From contig NZ_CALHIQ010000013.1 in the NCBI RefSeq assembly GCF_938030725.1, positions 6,461 through 70,460 on the forward strand: a DNA stretch of 64,000 nucleotides, given 5' to 3'. How positions within the stretch are numbered: the first letter of the stretch is position 1; the number at the start of each line of letters is the position of its first letter. The stretch is from an uncultured Fretibacterium sp. (GTDB taxonomy: Bacteria > Synergistota > Synergistia > Synergistales > Aminobacteriaceae). Of the stretch, positions 40,097-48,398 are shown one piece after another. The notes under the pieces were generated by a model, which worked only from the letters and a program-made list of their open reading frames with translations, was not told the DNA's origin and searched no databases. Both the position numbers and the translations under genes were made by a program.

Positions 40097-40546
40097 GTGA
40101 GAGAGGTGAGATTTCTTGGAAGGATTCGCCAAGCAAAAGGGTTGACACAAGCAGAACTTGCAGAAAAGGTTGGGGTGGGAGTAAACAGCATTGCAAGGTA
40201 CGAACGCAATGAGATGACCCCATCGTTAACGGTGGGACACACGATTGCCGAGGTCTTGGGTGTTTCTGTCGATGAACTGCTGCGGGGCCCGGCGGAGGAG
40301 AAGTGGGTGCTGGAGATCAAGGTTGCGGATTCGAAGGAGGAGGTGATCGACATGACGGGAACGATGCCGTGCGTGGCCGCCATCACGGGGACGCAGAGCG
40401 GGGCGAACCTGCAGCTGAGCGCGAAGTGGGAGACGTTTCGGGACGACGCGAAGTTCCAGGATTTTATCGACCAGGTGACCCGGGCGCGGGGCCTGCTGCT
40501 GGAGATGGGAGCAGGGATGGAAAAGCTGAAGGAGGTGGGGGCGTAA
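40097..40546 (+). CDS. Cro-like XRE HTH regulator with C-terminal extension
   Basis: LTQAELAEKVGV..NSIARYER...PSL....IA.VLGVSVDELL. Confidence 0.82.
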   Translation: MREVRFLGRIRQAKGLTQAELAEKVGVGVNSIARYERNEMTPSLTVGHTIAEVLGVSVDELLRGPAEEKWVLEIKVADSKEEVIDMTGTMPCVAAITGTQSGANLQLSAKWETFRDDAKFQDFIDQVTRARGLLLEMGAGMEKLKEVGA

Positions 40547-40547
40547 G

Positions 40548-40577
40548 AGAAATAGCCCCACGAGGGGGCTATTTCTT
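40548..40577 (+). terminator. tR1-like terminator after cro
   Basis: AGAAATAGCCCC-acgag-GGGGCTATTTCT. Confidence 0.7.
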
Positions 40578-40620
40578 GAACAGATCGGAGTGGGTTCCGG
40601 TAGTTAGGAGGTATTTCTAC

Positions 40621-40911
40621 ATGGAGGGTGAGTTGACCCTACGGCTGAGCCCGAAGGATATCAACGCAATAGCGGACCGGGTTTGCGAAAAGATGCTCCC
40701 AGCTCTGCGCGTGCCGGAGCCCGCCGCGAGCCCGGAAGACTTGATGACCGCCAGGGAGGTGCAGGCGTTCCTGAAGATCAAGCCGAGCGCCTTCTACGAG
40801 TGGCTCAAGAACAAGACGATCCCAGAGGGGATTCGCATAGGGCCGAAGGAGCGCCGGTGGGCACGCGGGGATATCTTGAGCCTTGTGAAGAAGAGGGAGG
40901 AGCTGGCATGA
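40621..40911 (+). CDS. AlpA/excisionase-like winged-helix protein
   Basis: LMT..EV..FL.I..S.FY.W.K...IP....IG...RRW...DI; AGGAGG RBS. Confidence 0.75.
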   Translation: MEGELTLRLSPKDINAIADRVCEKMLPALRVPEPAASPEDLMTAREVQAFLKIKPSAFYEWLKNKTIPEGIRIGPKERRWARGDILSLVKKREELA

Positions 40912-41030
40912 AATGGACGTGGCCGTACATCCTGCAGCAAGTCGTGCTCCTCGGCGCCTGGGGCTGGCTGATGCGGACGGCCTGGCGCGAGGTGCGGGAG
41001 ATATTGCGGGAGGGAGAAACAGAGGAATGA
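40908..41030 (+). CDS. Small hydrophobic phage protein (40 aa)
   Basis: GGAGG RBS, ATGA overlaps on both sides, single hydrophobic stretch. Confidence 0.55.
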   Translation: MKWTWPYILQQVVLLGAWGWLMRTAWREVREILREGETEE

Positions 41031-41212
41031 GCACCAAGAAGAAGTTTTCTATCACCCTCACGGACAGCGATGAGCAGCGGGTACGGCTCGCTGCGGCGCT
41101 GGAAGCAGCCTACATGGTGCTGAAGCCACAGAAATCCCGATTCGAAGATTATGTAGATGCGGTGACACTCGCACGCGCAGCCCTCGCGAAAGCGCGGGGA
41201 GAGGTGGAATAA
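41027..41212 (+). CDS. Phage hypothetical protein
   Basis: ATGA coupling to the upstream ORF; ends ALAKARGE like other small phage early proteins. Confidence 0.55.
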   Translation: MSTKKKFSITLTDSDEQRVRLAAALEAAYMVLKPQKSRFEDYVDAVTLARAALAKARGEVE

Positions 41213-41264
41213 GAAAAGCCCCTCTGCCAAGGGGCCTTTCCAAAGAAAAGAGGGTTAATGACAA

Positions 41265-41474
41265 ATGGATTTTACCACAGGCCGGACATATCGGTTCGTA
41301 TCGCGCAAGGGTTGGAAAACGCGGGAGGTCGACTCCACGAAAAAACCCAAGAAGTTGACCTACCTCCGGCACGTCGGGGAGGTCGACCTCTTTCGGCACC
41401 CTACGGCGGGTTGGCTGGAGGGCTTCACGCTGAGGCAGGCCGAGGATTATGAGATTACGGAGGTACGGACGTGA
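41265..41474 (+). CDS. Phage hypothetical protein
   Basis: 69 aa ORF coupled to the next gene (GTGA). Confidence 0.5.
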   Translation: MDFTTGRTYRFVSRKGWKTREVDSTKKPKKLTYLRHVGEVDLFRHPTAGWLEGFTLRQAEDYEITEVRT

Positions 41475-41683
41475 TCGACATCATCCTGGAGCTCTTGAAC
41501 GACGATGACTTTCTTCGCCGATTTTGTGAGGATTGCCCGTTCGCAGCTCGAGGGACGCCGGACGACTTCTGCCCGGCCGATGGCTGCCCGACGGAGCCTG
41601 AATGCCTCCGACGCGAGAGATTCAGGCTGGTCGAAGACGCTGCGGAGGAGGCCTATAGGGTGATAAGGGAGGCGGTGGCGTGA
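41471..41683 (+). CDS. Small Cys-rich phage protein
   Basis: CxxCP...CP...CP...C; GGAGG RBS; coupled to yqaJ. Confidence 0.55.
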   Translation: MIDIILELLNDDDFLRRFCEDCPFAARGTPDDFCPADGCPTEPECLRRERFRLVEDAAEEAYRVIREAVA

Positions 41684-42591
41684 TGGAGCGCGAGCAGTGG
41701 CTTGAGGAACGGCGCAAGGGGATCGGCGGCAGCGACGCCGCGAAGGTAATGGGGCTCTCCAGGTGGGGCGGTCCGTTCTCGGTCTACCAGGACAAAGTGA
41801 ACGGCGTCAAAGCTCCGGTCGATTCGGAGGCGGTTCACTTCGGCAACGTCCTGGAGGACGTTGTGGCCCAGGAGTTCTCCCGCCGCGAGGGCGTGAAGGT
41901 TCGCCGGCGCAACTCCATGACCTTCAGTGAGGAATACCCCTTCATGATGGCGAACATAGACCGCGAGCTGGTCGGGGCAAAGATCGGCCTTGAGTGCAAG
42001 ACGGCCAGCGCCTACAAAAGTGGGGAATGGGAGGGCGACGAGCTCCCCGACGAGTATTACGTCCAGGTGCAGCACTATTGCTCCGTGATGGACTGGGAAG
42101 GCTGCTGGATCGCCTGCCTGATCGGCGGGCAGAGGTTCGTTTACAAATACGTCCCGCGCAACGAGAGTTTCATCGGCGACATGATCGCTCAGGAGCGGGA
42201 TTTTTGGGAGGGGCACGTCATCCCACAGAACCCGCCGCCCATCGGGCTGTTTGACGAGAACATCGTGGGACTCATGGGACAGGAGGATCGGACCGTTTTG
42301 GAGCCGACCCCGGAGGACATGGAACTGGCGCGGGAACTTTCTGGAGTCCGAGCTGCCTACGGAGAATTGGAGACCCGAAAGAAAGCTCTGGAGCTGGTCC
42401 TTAAGGGGCGGATTGGTGAGCATCTTGGGCTTGACGGAATAGCGACGTGGAATACGACGAGGCCCTCCCTTGTAACGGACTGGGAAGCCGTGGCGAAGGA
42501 GCTCGCCCCGTCGGCGGAGCTGATCGAGAAGCACACGACGAGAAAAGAAGGAATCCGGCGGTTCCTTTTCAAATTCAAGGAGGCGGTATAA
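41680..42591 (+). CDS. YqaJ-like viral recombinase exonuclease
   Basis: WL..RRKGIGGSD, G..LE..VA, ANIDR, LECKT, Y..QVQHY. Confidence 0.92.
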   Translation: MMEREQWLEERRKGIGGSDAAKVMGLSRWGGPFSVYQDKVNGVKAPVDSEAVHFGNVLEDVVAQEFSRREGVKVRRRNSMTFSEEYPFMMANIDRELVGAKIGLECKTASAYKSGEWEGDELPDEYYVQVQHYCSVMDWEGCWIACLIGGQRFVYKYVPRNESFIGDMIAQERDFWEGHVIPQNPPPIGLFDENIVGLMGQEDRTVLEPTPEDMELARELSGVRAAYGELETRKKALELVLKGRIGEHLGLDGIATWNTTRPSLVTDWEAVAKELAPSAELIEKHTTRKEGIRRFLFKFKEAV

Positions 42592-43893
42592 ATGGCGACA
42601 ACGAACGGTATTACCCCGGCAGAACTGAACAGGAAGCTGGCGACCCCCGGCGCGGAGCTTAGCAAGGTGGAGTTCAAGCAGGCCGTGACTAATTTCAAGT
42701 CCGAGATCGAGGCAGCGCTCCCCGTGCACCTCAAGCGGAACGCGGAGAAGTACGCCCGCCAGGCCATGACCCTGTTTTCGCAGAACCCCAAGCTCCAGAA
42801 GTGCACGGGGGTAACGATTCTGTCAGCCCTGATGACGGCCTCCGCCCTTGGGTTGGATCTGACGCCACAGCTGGGGCAGTGTTTCATTATCCCCTACGAC
42901 AACAAGAAAAAGACCGCGAGGGGTTGGGAGATCGTCACAGAGGCGCAGTTTCAACTTGGGTACCGTGGCGCTATCGTTTTGGCTCAACGATCCGGGGAGT
43001 TGCTCCGCATCCAAGCCGATGTCGTGTGTGAGCTGGATAGGTTCCGCTACGCCAAGGGGCTCAACCCAATATTGGAGCACGAGGAGAGTATCGAGGAGAA
43101 CCGTGGTCGGATCATATACGTCTACGCGGTAGCAAACTTCAAGAACGGCGGATATGCCTTCGAGGTTTGGCCCGTGGCGAAGGTCATTGCTCACGCCAAA
43201 AAGTTCTCCAAGAGCTTCTACAAGCGGGACTATAAGACCGGGAAAACCGTCGAGAACGACAAGAGCCCATGGCATACTGATTTTGAGGGCATGGCCAAAA
43301 AGACGCTGATCCTGGCAATCTGGAAGTACCTCCCACTCTCGACGGAGCTGATGCTTGTGCAGGACAACGACAACACGATCAAGCGCGATCTGGGGGACAT
43401 CGCATCGGAGAAGGACATCATCACCGTCACCCCATCTCTTGCGGAGGACGAGGATGATGCCATTGAGTTCGAGAAGGAGGAGGTTCTTACCCCGCAGCCT
43501 GCTCTTGCGCCGATCGACCCTATCCCCGTGGAGCCCGACGCTCCGGCATTCCCGGTGGAGGAGCCTGCCCCCACGGAGCCGAGTGGCGCCCCAGAACCCC
43601 TGGACGACCACAAGCAGGAAGCGCCCAAGAAGCCCAAGCCTTTCTCCGAGCTGGAGAAACTGCGGGCCGAGGTGGAGTCCATCATGGGCCCGGATGGGTT
43701 GGACTACACCGCAGGAGAGCGGGCGGAGTTCTTCTTCCAGCACGGAGGGGATACCGAACTGGTGAACATCAAGCCCAATGGGCTGGCGAAGATTCTTTCC
43801 GAGGCGCGGAAAGCGCTGCAGAAGAAGGATGCCGAGACCGCGGCTCACGTCCCCGACGTGCCGCATGACGAGGTGATGGACCTGTTCAGGTAG
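42592..43893 (+). CDS. recT: RecT-family single-strand annealing protein with long C-terminal tail
   Basis: LGL...LGQ..IIPY, AQFQLGYRG...LA.RSG, PW..DF..MAKKT, LPLS. Confidence 0.9.
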   Translation: MATTNGITPAELNRKLATPGAELSKVEFKQAVTNFKSEIEAALPVHLKRNAEKYARQAMTLFSQNPKLQKCTGVTILSALMTASALGLDLTPQLGQCFIIPYDNKKKTARGWEIVTEAQFQLGYRGAIVLAQRSGELLRIQADVVCELDRFRYAKGLNPILEHEESIEENRGRIIYVYAVANFKNGGYAFEVWPVAKVIAHAKKFSKSFYKRDYKTGKTVENDKSPWHTDFEGMAKKTLILAIWKYLPLSTELMLVQDNDNTIKRDLGDIASEKDIITVTPSLAEDEDDAIEFEKEEVLTPQPALAPIDPIPVEPDAPAFPVEEPAPTEPSGAPEPLDDHKQEAPKKPKPFSELEKLRAEVESIMGPDGLDYTAGERAEFFFQHGGDTELVNIKPNGLAKILSEARKALQKKDAETAAHVPDVPHDEVMDLFR

Positions 43894-43960
43894 GCGGATA
43901 TTCCCGAGTGGTTATTTCTGTTTTGGAAACAACCACTCGGTATAAACAAGAAAAAAGGAG

Positions 43961-44404
43961 ATGGAGGGTATGACCTTGAAGGCCCTGAAATGCAAAGTGA
44001 CCGCCCCGAAATACACCCCGACCCGCGCCCACCACGGAGACGCCGGGCTTGACCTGAAAGCCGCCGAAAACGCCCTGCTGTACCCCGGAGATCGCCAGGC
44101 CGTCGATACCGGCGTGAGCGTGGAGATCCCGGACGGATATGTCGGCTTGGTCTGTGCCCGAAGCGGCAATGCGGCTCGGCGCGGTATCGGCATTGTGAAC
44201 GGCGTCGGTGTTATCGACTCCGGGTATCGCGGCACAATCAACGCCATCCTCATCAATCACGGGCGGGACAACGTGACGATCAGCCGCGGGGATCGAATCG
44301 CTCAGCTCCTGATTGTTCCCATCGAAACGCCGGACGTTGAGATCGTGGACAGACTTTCGGACTCCGATCGCGGAACTGGCGGGCTTGGTAGCTCCGGGAG
44401 GTAG
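43961..44404 (+). CDS. dut: Trimeric dUTPase
   Basis: AGLDL, RSG, GVIDSGYRG, GDRIAQL, RGTGGLGSSG. Confidence 0.95.
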   Translation: MEGMTLKALKCKVTAPKYTPTRAHHGDAGLDLKAAENALLYPGDRQAVDTGVSVEIPDGYVGLVCARSGNAARRGIGIVNGVGVIDSGYRGTINAILINHGRDNVTISRGDRIAQLLIVPIETPDVEIVDRLSDSDRGTGGLGSSGR

Positions 44405-44407
44405 ACG

Positions 44408-44764
44408 ATGGGGTACGCACTCGAAGGCTGGAAGGTCACGTATACCCGGAGCTATGACACGAACTACGGGGAAATTGGGACCGTCGTCAACGTCACGGTA
44501 GGAGACACCAATATCCCCCTGGGGCATGCTGGTATTGGCTCTAACGACGAATCAGAGCGCAATTTTGCCCGAGCCGAACAGATCGCCCGCCTGATCGCAG
44601 CCGCCCCCGACTTGCTGGATACGCTGGGGGCTGTAATGATGACCATCAATACCCCGGAGGTCCCGGACGCTGCATTAGCCAGAGGGCGCGCTCAGCTCTT
44701 GCTCGCAGAACTGGGGCACGGGACGCACAAGGGCGAACAAGGGCAGGAGGAGATCGAGAGATGA
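44408..44764 (+). CDS. Phage hypothetical protein (ARLIAAAP motif)
   Basis: GGAGG RBS; ARLIAAAPDLL. Confidence 0.6.
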   Translation: MGYALEGWKVTYTRSYDTNYGEIGTVVNVTVGDTNIPLGHAGIGSNDESERNFARAEQIARLIAAAPDLLDTLGAVMMTINTPEVPDAALARGRAQLLLAELGHGTHKGEQGQEEIER

Positions 44765-45039
44765 GCCATACGCCGGGACCGTGGAGCTATGAGGAGCCGG
44801 ACTGGGACGGACTGCCGTATTTAATGGCGGGAAATGGGGATGTCGTAGCGACGCTCTTTTCGGAGCCTGAGAACTCGAGCGACATACCCCTGATCGCCGC
44901 CGCCCCGGAGCTGTACGAGGCCCTGGAAAAACTCTTCGACCTGATGATCAGCGACAAGGTCAGTAAAGACGAAGGCGTGCGAAGGCTGCAAATGGCCGCA
45001 GACGTGCTCGCCAAGGTGCGGGGGGAGATGGAAGGATGA
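44761..45039 (+). CDS. Phage hypothetical protein (HTPGPW...LIAAAPEL motif)
   Basis: MSHTPGPW and LIAAAPELYEAL; ATGA coupling. Confidence 0.65.
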   Translation: MSHTPGPWSYEEPDWDGLPYLMAGNGDVVATLFSEPENSSDIPLIAAAPELYEALEKLFDLMISDKVSKDEGVRRLQMAADVLAKVRGEMEG

Positions 45040-45500
45040 AGGGCTACAACCGAGTGACCTTGATGGGGAACTTGACGCGCGACCCCGAGGTTCGATACAC
45101 GCAGAACGGCATGGCGTGCGCCAGGTTCTCCCTGGCCGTCGGGTACTCCAAGAAGAAGCAGGACGGCTTATACGAGGACGCCGCGGACTTTCCGACCTGC
45201 GTCGTCTGGGGGAAACGGGCCGAGGTGATCGGCAAGCACTTCCGGAAGGGCTCCGGGATCCTCGTCGAGGGCAAGATACAGACCGGGAGCTACCAGGACA
45301 AGAACGGCAATAAACGCTACACGACGGATGTCCTGGTACAGGACTTCAACTTCGTCGGCGGCAAGAAAGACGGGCAGGACAGCGGAGGCGGGTACGCCCC
45401 ACATCCGCAGGGGCATTCTGGGGGCTGGGGGAAGGACGACGACTTCCCCATGGACTTCGCCGAAGCGGAGACCGGCGGCGAGGCGGATATCCCGTTCTAA
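45036..45500 (+). CDS. ssb: Single-stranded DNA-binding protein
   Basis: NRV.L.GNLTRDPE.RYT, VEG.IQT.SY, C-terminal DIPF. Confidence 0.95.
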   Translation: MKGYNRVTLMGNLTRDPEVRYTQNGMACARFSLAVGYSKKKQDGLYEDAADFPTCVVWGKRAEVIGKHFRKGSGILVEGKIQTGSYQDKNGNKRYTTDVLVQDFNFVGGKKDGQDSGGGYAPHPQGHSGGWGKDDDFPMDFAEAETGGEADIPF

Positions 45501-45510
45501 GACTCCGGGA

Positions 45511-46067
45511 CGTACGCCGTACGTACACCGTACGTACATGTACGCCACAAAGCCTATTCTAAGGAGAGCTCGAAAGATGGCATGGATAAAATCCCAACAA
45601 GCGTTACGGGACCATCCTAAACTGAAAAAATTGGCTCGCAGCCTGGAGATATCCATCCCAACCGCATTGGGGCATCTGCACATGCTCTGGTGGTGGGCGA
45701 TGGATTACGCGCAAGATGGGAACCTGACGCCATTCGATGCCTTGGATATAGCCGATGCCGCCGGATGGGGGGGAGACCCGAATAGATTCGTTGACGCTAT
45801 GGTGAACTGCGGGTTCCGGGGCGCCGGCTTTTTGGAGCGTACCGAAGATGGCGAGCTCCTGATACATGATTGGGACGAACATTGCGGAGACGAGTTTGAG
45901 CGCAGGGCGAAAGAGGCCGAACGCCTTCGCGCCTATAGGGAAAAGAAAAAGAAAAGCGATGAAAAAGTACGAACGCCGGACGAACCTGAAGCGTACGTCG
46001 TACGTACACCGTGCGAAACGAGTACGTCCGAAGTACGTACGCCGGACGAACCCGGTACGTACGGTGT
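45511..46067. repeat. CGTACG-rich iteron-like repeats: one cluster upstream of the replication gene (45511-45546) and one inside it (45965-46067)
   Basis: CGTACGTACACCGT identical at 45518 and 45999; AAGTACG.ACGCCGGACGAACC at 45965 and 46031. Confidence 0.7.
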
Positions 46068-46581
46068 GAGAGGAGAAGAGAAGAGAAGAGAGGAGAAGAG
46101 AGGAGATACCCCCCCTACCCCCCCACGGGGGGATGAGGCGGAGGCGGACGAAACGTCCCCTGAGCCTCCGGACGACGGGGCCGTCAAAGTCTCGGAGGTC
46201 GTGGAGCTCTGGAACACAGAGCTCTGTCCCCTGGGCTTTCCCAAAGTCTCGAGGGTCACCCCGGAACGCCGGAAGCACTTCAAGGCCAGGCTTCGCGATG
46301 GGGTCGAGCGCCGGGAGCTGGCGTGGTGGCGTGATCGCATCGCCGCCATAGCCGGGAGTGAGTTCATGCGTAAAAGCGCCGCGGAGAAGGCTCAATGGCT
46401 GGACTTTGACTGGCTTCTGAACGAGACGAACCTGGTCAAGGTCGCCGAGGGCAAATACGGGCGTGTCCTGAACTTACCGCGCGGACAGCCGACGGGGCAG
46501 GCTGGGCAAAGCATGGACGAGTACATGCGGGAGCTGCAAAAAGACCCATTCTGGGGCGGTTCTGGAGGTGCCGAGACATGA
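45577..46581 (+). CDS. Phage replication initiator (lambda O/DnaD-like architecture)
   Basis: MAWIK...DHPK...LA..L, IHDW..H, low-complexity linker containing DNA repeats, EEKRREE/PPTPP, C-terminal FDWL....N..K..EGKY. Confidence 0.8.
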   Translation: MAWIKSQQALRDHPKLKKLARSLEISIPTALGHLHMLWWWAMDYAQDGNLTPFDALDIADAAGWGGDPNRFVDAMVNCGFRGAGFLERTEDGELLIHDWDEHCGDEFERRAKEAERLRAYREKKKKSDEKVRTPDEPEAYVVRTPCETSTSEVRTPDEPGTYGVRGEEKRREEKRGDTPPTPPRGDEAEADETSPEPPDDGAVKVSEVVELWNTELCPLGFPKVSRVTPERRKHFKARLRDGVERRELAWWRDRIAAIAGSEFMRKSAAEKAQWLDFDWLLNETNLVKVAEGKYGRVLNLPRGQPTGQAGQSMDEYMRELQKDPFWGGSGGAET

Positions 46582-47228
46582 CCGAGCGAGATAAACCCGA
46601 GTTCGCGGCCTGCCTGAAAGTGGCCGCAGACCTGTACGGGCGTCCGCCGCTATCCACGGAGGCGCTGAAAATGTTCTTCCTGCTGCTGCAAAAGTTCAGC
46701 CTGACGCAGGTAAAAGCCGCATTGCAAGGGCACATGGCGTCGTCGCCGTACATGCCCAAGCCCTGCGACGTGATTCAGCGCATTGAGGGCCGGGCCGAGG
46801 ACCGTGCGGCCGCAGCCTGGGCGCTGGTCATGAAGGCCGTATCCCGGTTTGGGCATGACACGAGCGTCCGCTTCCCGTCCCCGGCGATACACTACGCCCT
46901 GGAGCAGATGGGCGGCTGGGCGCGGTTCTGCATGCGCCTTGCGGAGGCTGAGCTCCCCTTCCGCGCCAAGGACTTCGCGCAGTTCTTCGCGATGGGCGAG
47001 CGCTGCGCAACGTGGGACGGGGCGAGTGGCACGGTGAAGGTCCCAGCATACCTGGCGGGGACTTGCGAGTTGTCTAACCGGACGAACGGCTACGCTCTGC
47101 CCGCGAAAGTCTACGACGCGGAGACGGGCGAAACGCTGGAGGGGCAGGCGCTCTCGACCGGAGCGGGGAAGATCGTGCCGATCGCAACGGTGCTGGCTGC
47201 GCAGATGCGGACGGGAGGGGCGCAATGA
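46578..47228 (+). CDS. DUF6475-like protein (possible helicase loader partner)
   Basis: P.P.D.I..I, A..AW..V..A, SV.F....IH.A...MGGW; follows the initiator. Confidence 0.6.
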   Translation: MTERDKPEFAACLKVAADLYGRPPLSTEALKMFFLLLQKFSLTQVKAALQGHMASSPYMPKPCDVIQRIEGRAEDRAAAAWALVMKAVSRFGHDTSVRFPSPAIHYALEQMGGWARFCMRLAEAELPFRAKDFAQFFAMGERCATWDGASGTVKVPAYLAGTCELSNRTNGYALPAKVYDAETGETLEGQALSTGAGKIVPIATVLAAQMRTGGAQ

Positions 47229-47461
47229 AACCGAGACTGCGCAAAAGCCCCAGGGTGCAGTATCCCAGCGTGTGGAGTCTGCTGTGGAGCTGGGGGGAGT
47301 TCTGCGAGCTGTCCCTGGACCGCGAGGCCGGATGGGTCGCACTCCCCAAGTGGCAGCAGCGCTACAAGGCCTTGCGGCGCTCTGCCCGGAACCACGGGCA
47401 CAAGCTGGGGACGATCGACGCGCTGGAGAAAGTCCAGCGCGAATGGGAGGCAAAACCATGA
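47225..47461 (+). CDS. Phage hypothetical protein
   Basis: ATGA overlaps at both ends, RBS. Confidence 0.5.
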   Translation: MKPRLRKSPRVQYPSVWSLLWSWGEFCELSLDREAGWVALPKWQQRYKALRRSARNHGHKLGTIDALEKVQREWEAKP

Positions 47462-47841
47462 GGACGCTGGCCAGGGTGGAGCTCTTGGGCCTGCCACCGA
47501 CGGTGAATCACCTTTACAGGACCTCCCGAAGCGGAGTTCGTTACAAGACCTCCCAGGGAAAAGAGTGGCAGGCCCTCACTGTCGCCATCATGGCTGCCGC
47601 GAAGACGAACCGCGCCCCTTACGACGGCGACGTGGCACTGGAGGTCCTCTTCCAGACGGCGGACCGAAGACGCTGGGACCTGGATAACCGGGTCAAGGCC
47701 CTCCAGGATTGCCTGGCGATGGCCGGCGTGATCGAGGACGACCGGCAGATACAGCGTCTTCTCGTGGAGCGACGGACAGGACCGAAGACAGCGACGGTCG
47801 TTGTTGTGTGGGAGCTGGGGTCGGAGAGGGGGAAAGCATGA
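47458..47841 (+). CDS. rusA: RusA-family Holliday junction resolvase
   Basis: PPTVN..YR, RR.DLDN.VK...D.L..AGVI.DD.QI. Confidence 0.9.
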   Translation: MRTLARVELLGLPPTVNHLYRTSRSGVRYKTSQGKEWQALTVAIMAAAKTNRAPYDGDVALEVLFQTADRRRWDLDNRVKALQDCLAMAGVIEDDRQIQRLLVERRTGPKTATVVVVWELGSERGKA

Positions 47842-48254
47842 AGCGTATATATACCCCACAGTGCCTCGCGCACGTGGAGAAAATTCTCGAGGCCTTCCCC
47901 GTGCAGCGGCAACAGCTCGCCCTGCTGGATGACTTCATCGCCGCCTCGATTCGCAGTCCGTCCATTTCGGATACCCCCGGCGGAGGGGGGGCGGATTCGG
48001 AGCAGGAACGCATCCTGGCGGCGAAGGAGCGCAGCCCACAGTACCAGGACCTTGCCCGGACCGTTGAGACGGTGCGGCGTGCCCTGCGCGTGCTGCCCAG
48101 GCGTGATCTTGCCTTTGTCGAGATGCGATACTGGCGACGGATGGGGATGCATGACATCGCCGAGGCATACGGGAAAGAAATCCGGTCCCTCTGGAGATGG
48201 AGGGACCGGATTCTGAGCCGCCTTGTGCCGTTTCTCTTCCGGCATGTGGCCTAG
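47838..48254 (+). CDS. RinA/ArpU-like late transcriptional activator (sigma region-4-like HTH)
   Basis: RAL..LP......VEMRYW......IA......RSLWRWRD.IL; sits just before terminase. Confidence 0.7.
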   Translation: MKRIYTPQCLAHVEKILEAFPVQRQQLALLDDFIAASIRSPSISDTPGGGGADSEQERILAAKERSPQYQDLARTVETVRRALRVLPRRDLAFVEMRYWRRMGMHDIAEAYGKEIRSLWRWRDRILSRLVPFLFRHVA

Positions 48255-48311
48255 TCATCGGGGGGCGGCAGTATGCCGGCCTCCCGTAGAATATCTTTTA
48301 CCGGATTGAAA

Positions 48312-48390
48312 GTGTCATTGATGTGACACCCCCTGTCGTGGTATTCTGGTAGCATCAGAATTTGGGACGCCGATCGGGGCGTCCTTTTTT
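48312..48390 (+). promoter_or_regulatory. Late promoter region: palindrome, extended -10 and leader hairpin
   Basis: GTGTCA-ttgatg-TGACAC, TGG-TATTCT, then GGACGCC-gatcgg-GGCGTCC-TTTTTT. Confidence 0.55.
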
Positions 48391-48398
48391 GTTGGGAG

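Noticed and set aside
43961..44404. dUTPase as a sign of modified-base phage DNA
   Set aside because: Ordinary trimeric dUTPase with all five motifs, and no base-modification genes nearby
45511..46067. DGR template/variable repeat pair
   Set aside because: Repeats are short, mismatches are not adenine-specific, and no reverse transcriptase is in the window; iterons fit better
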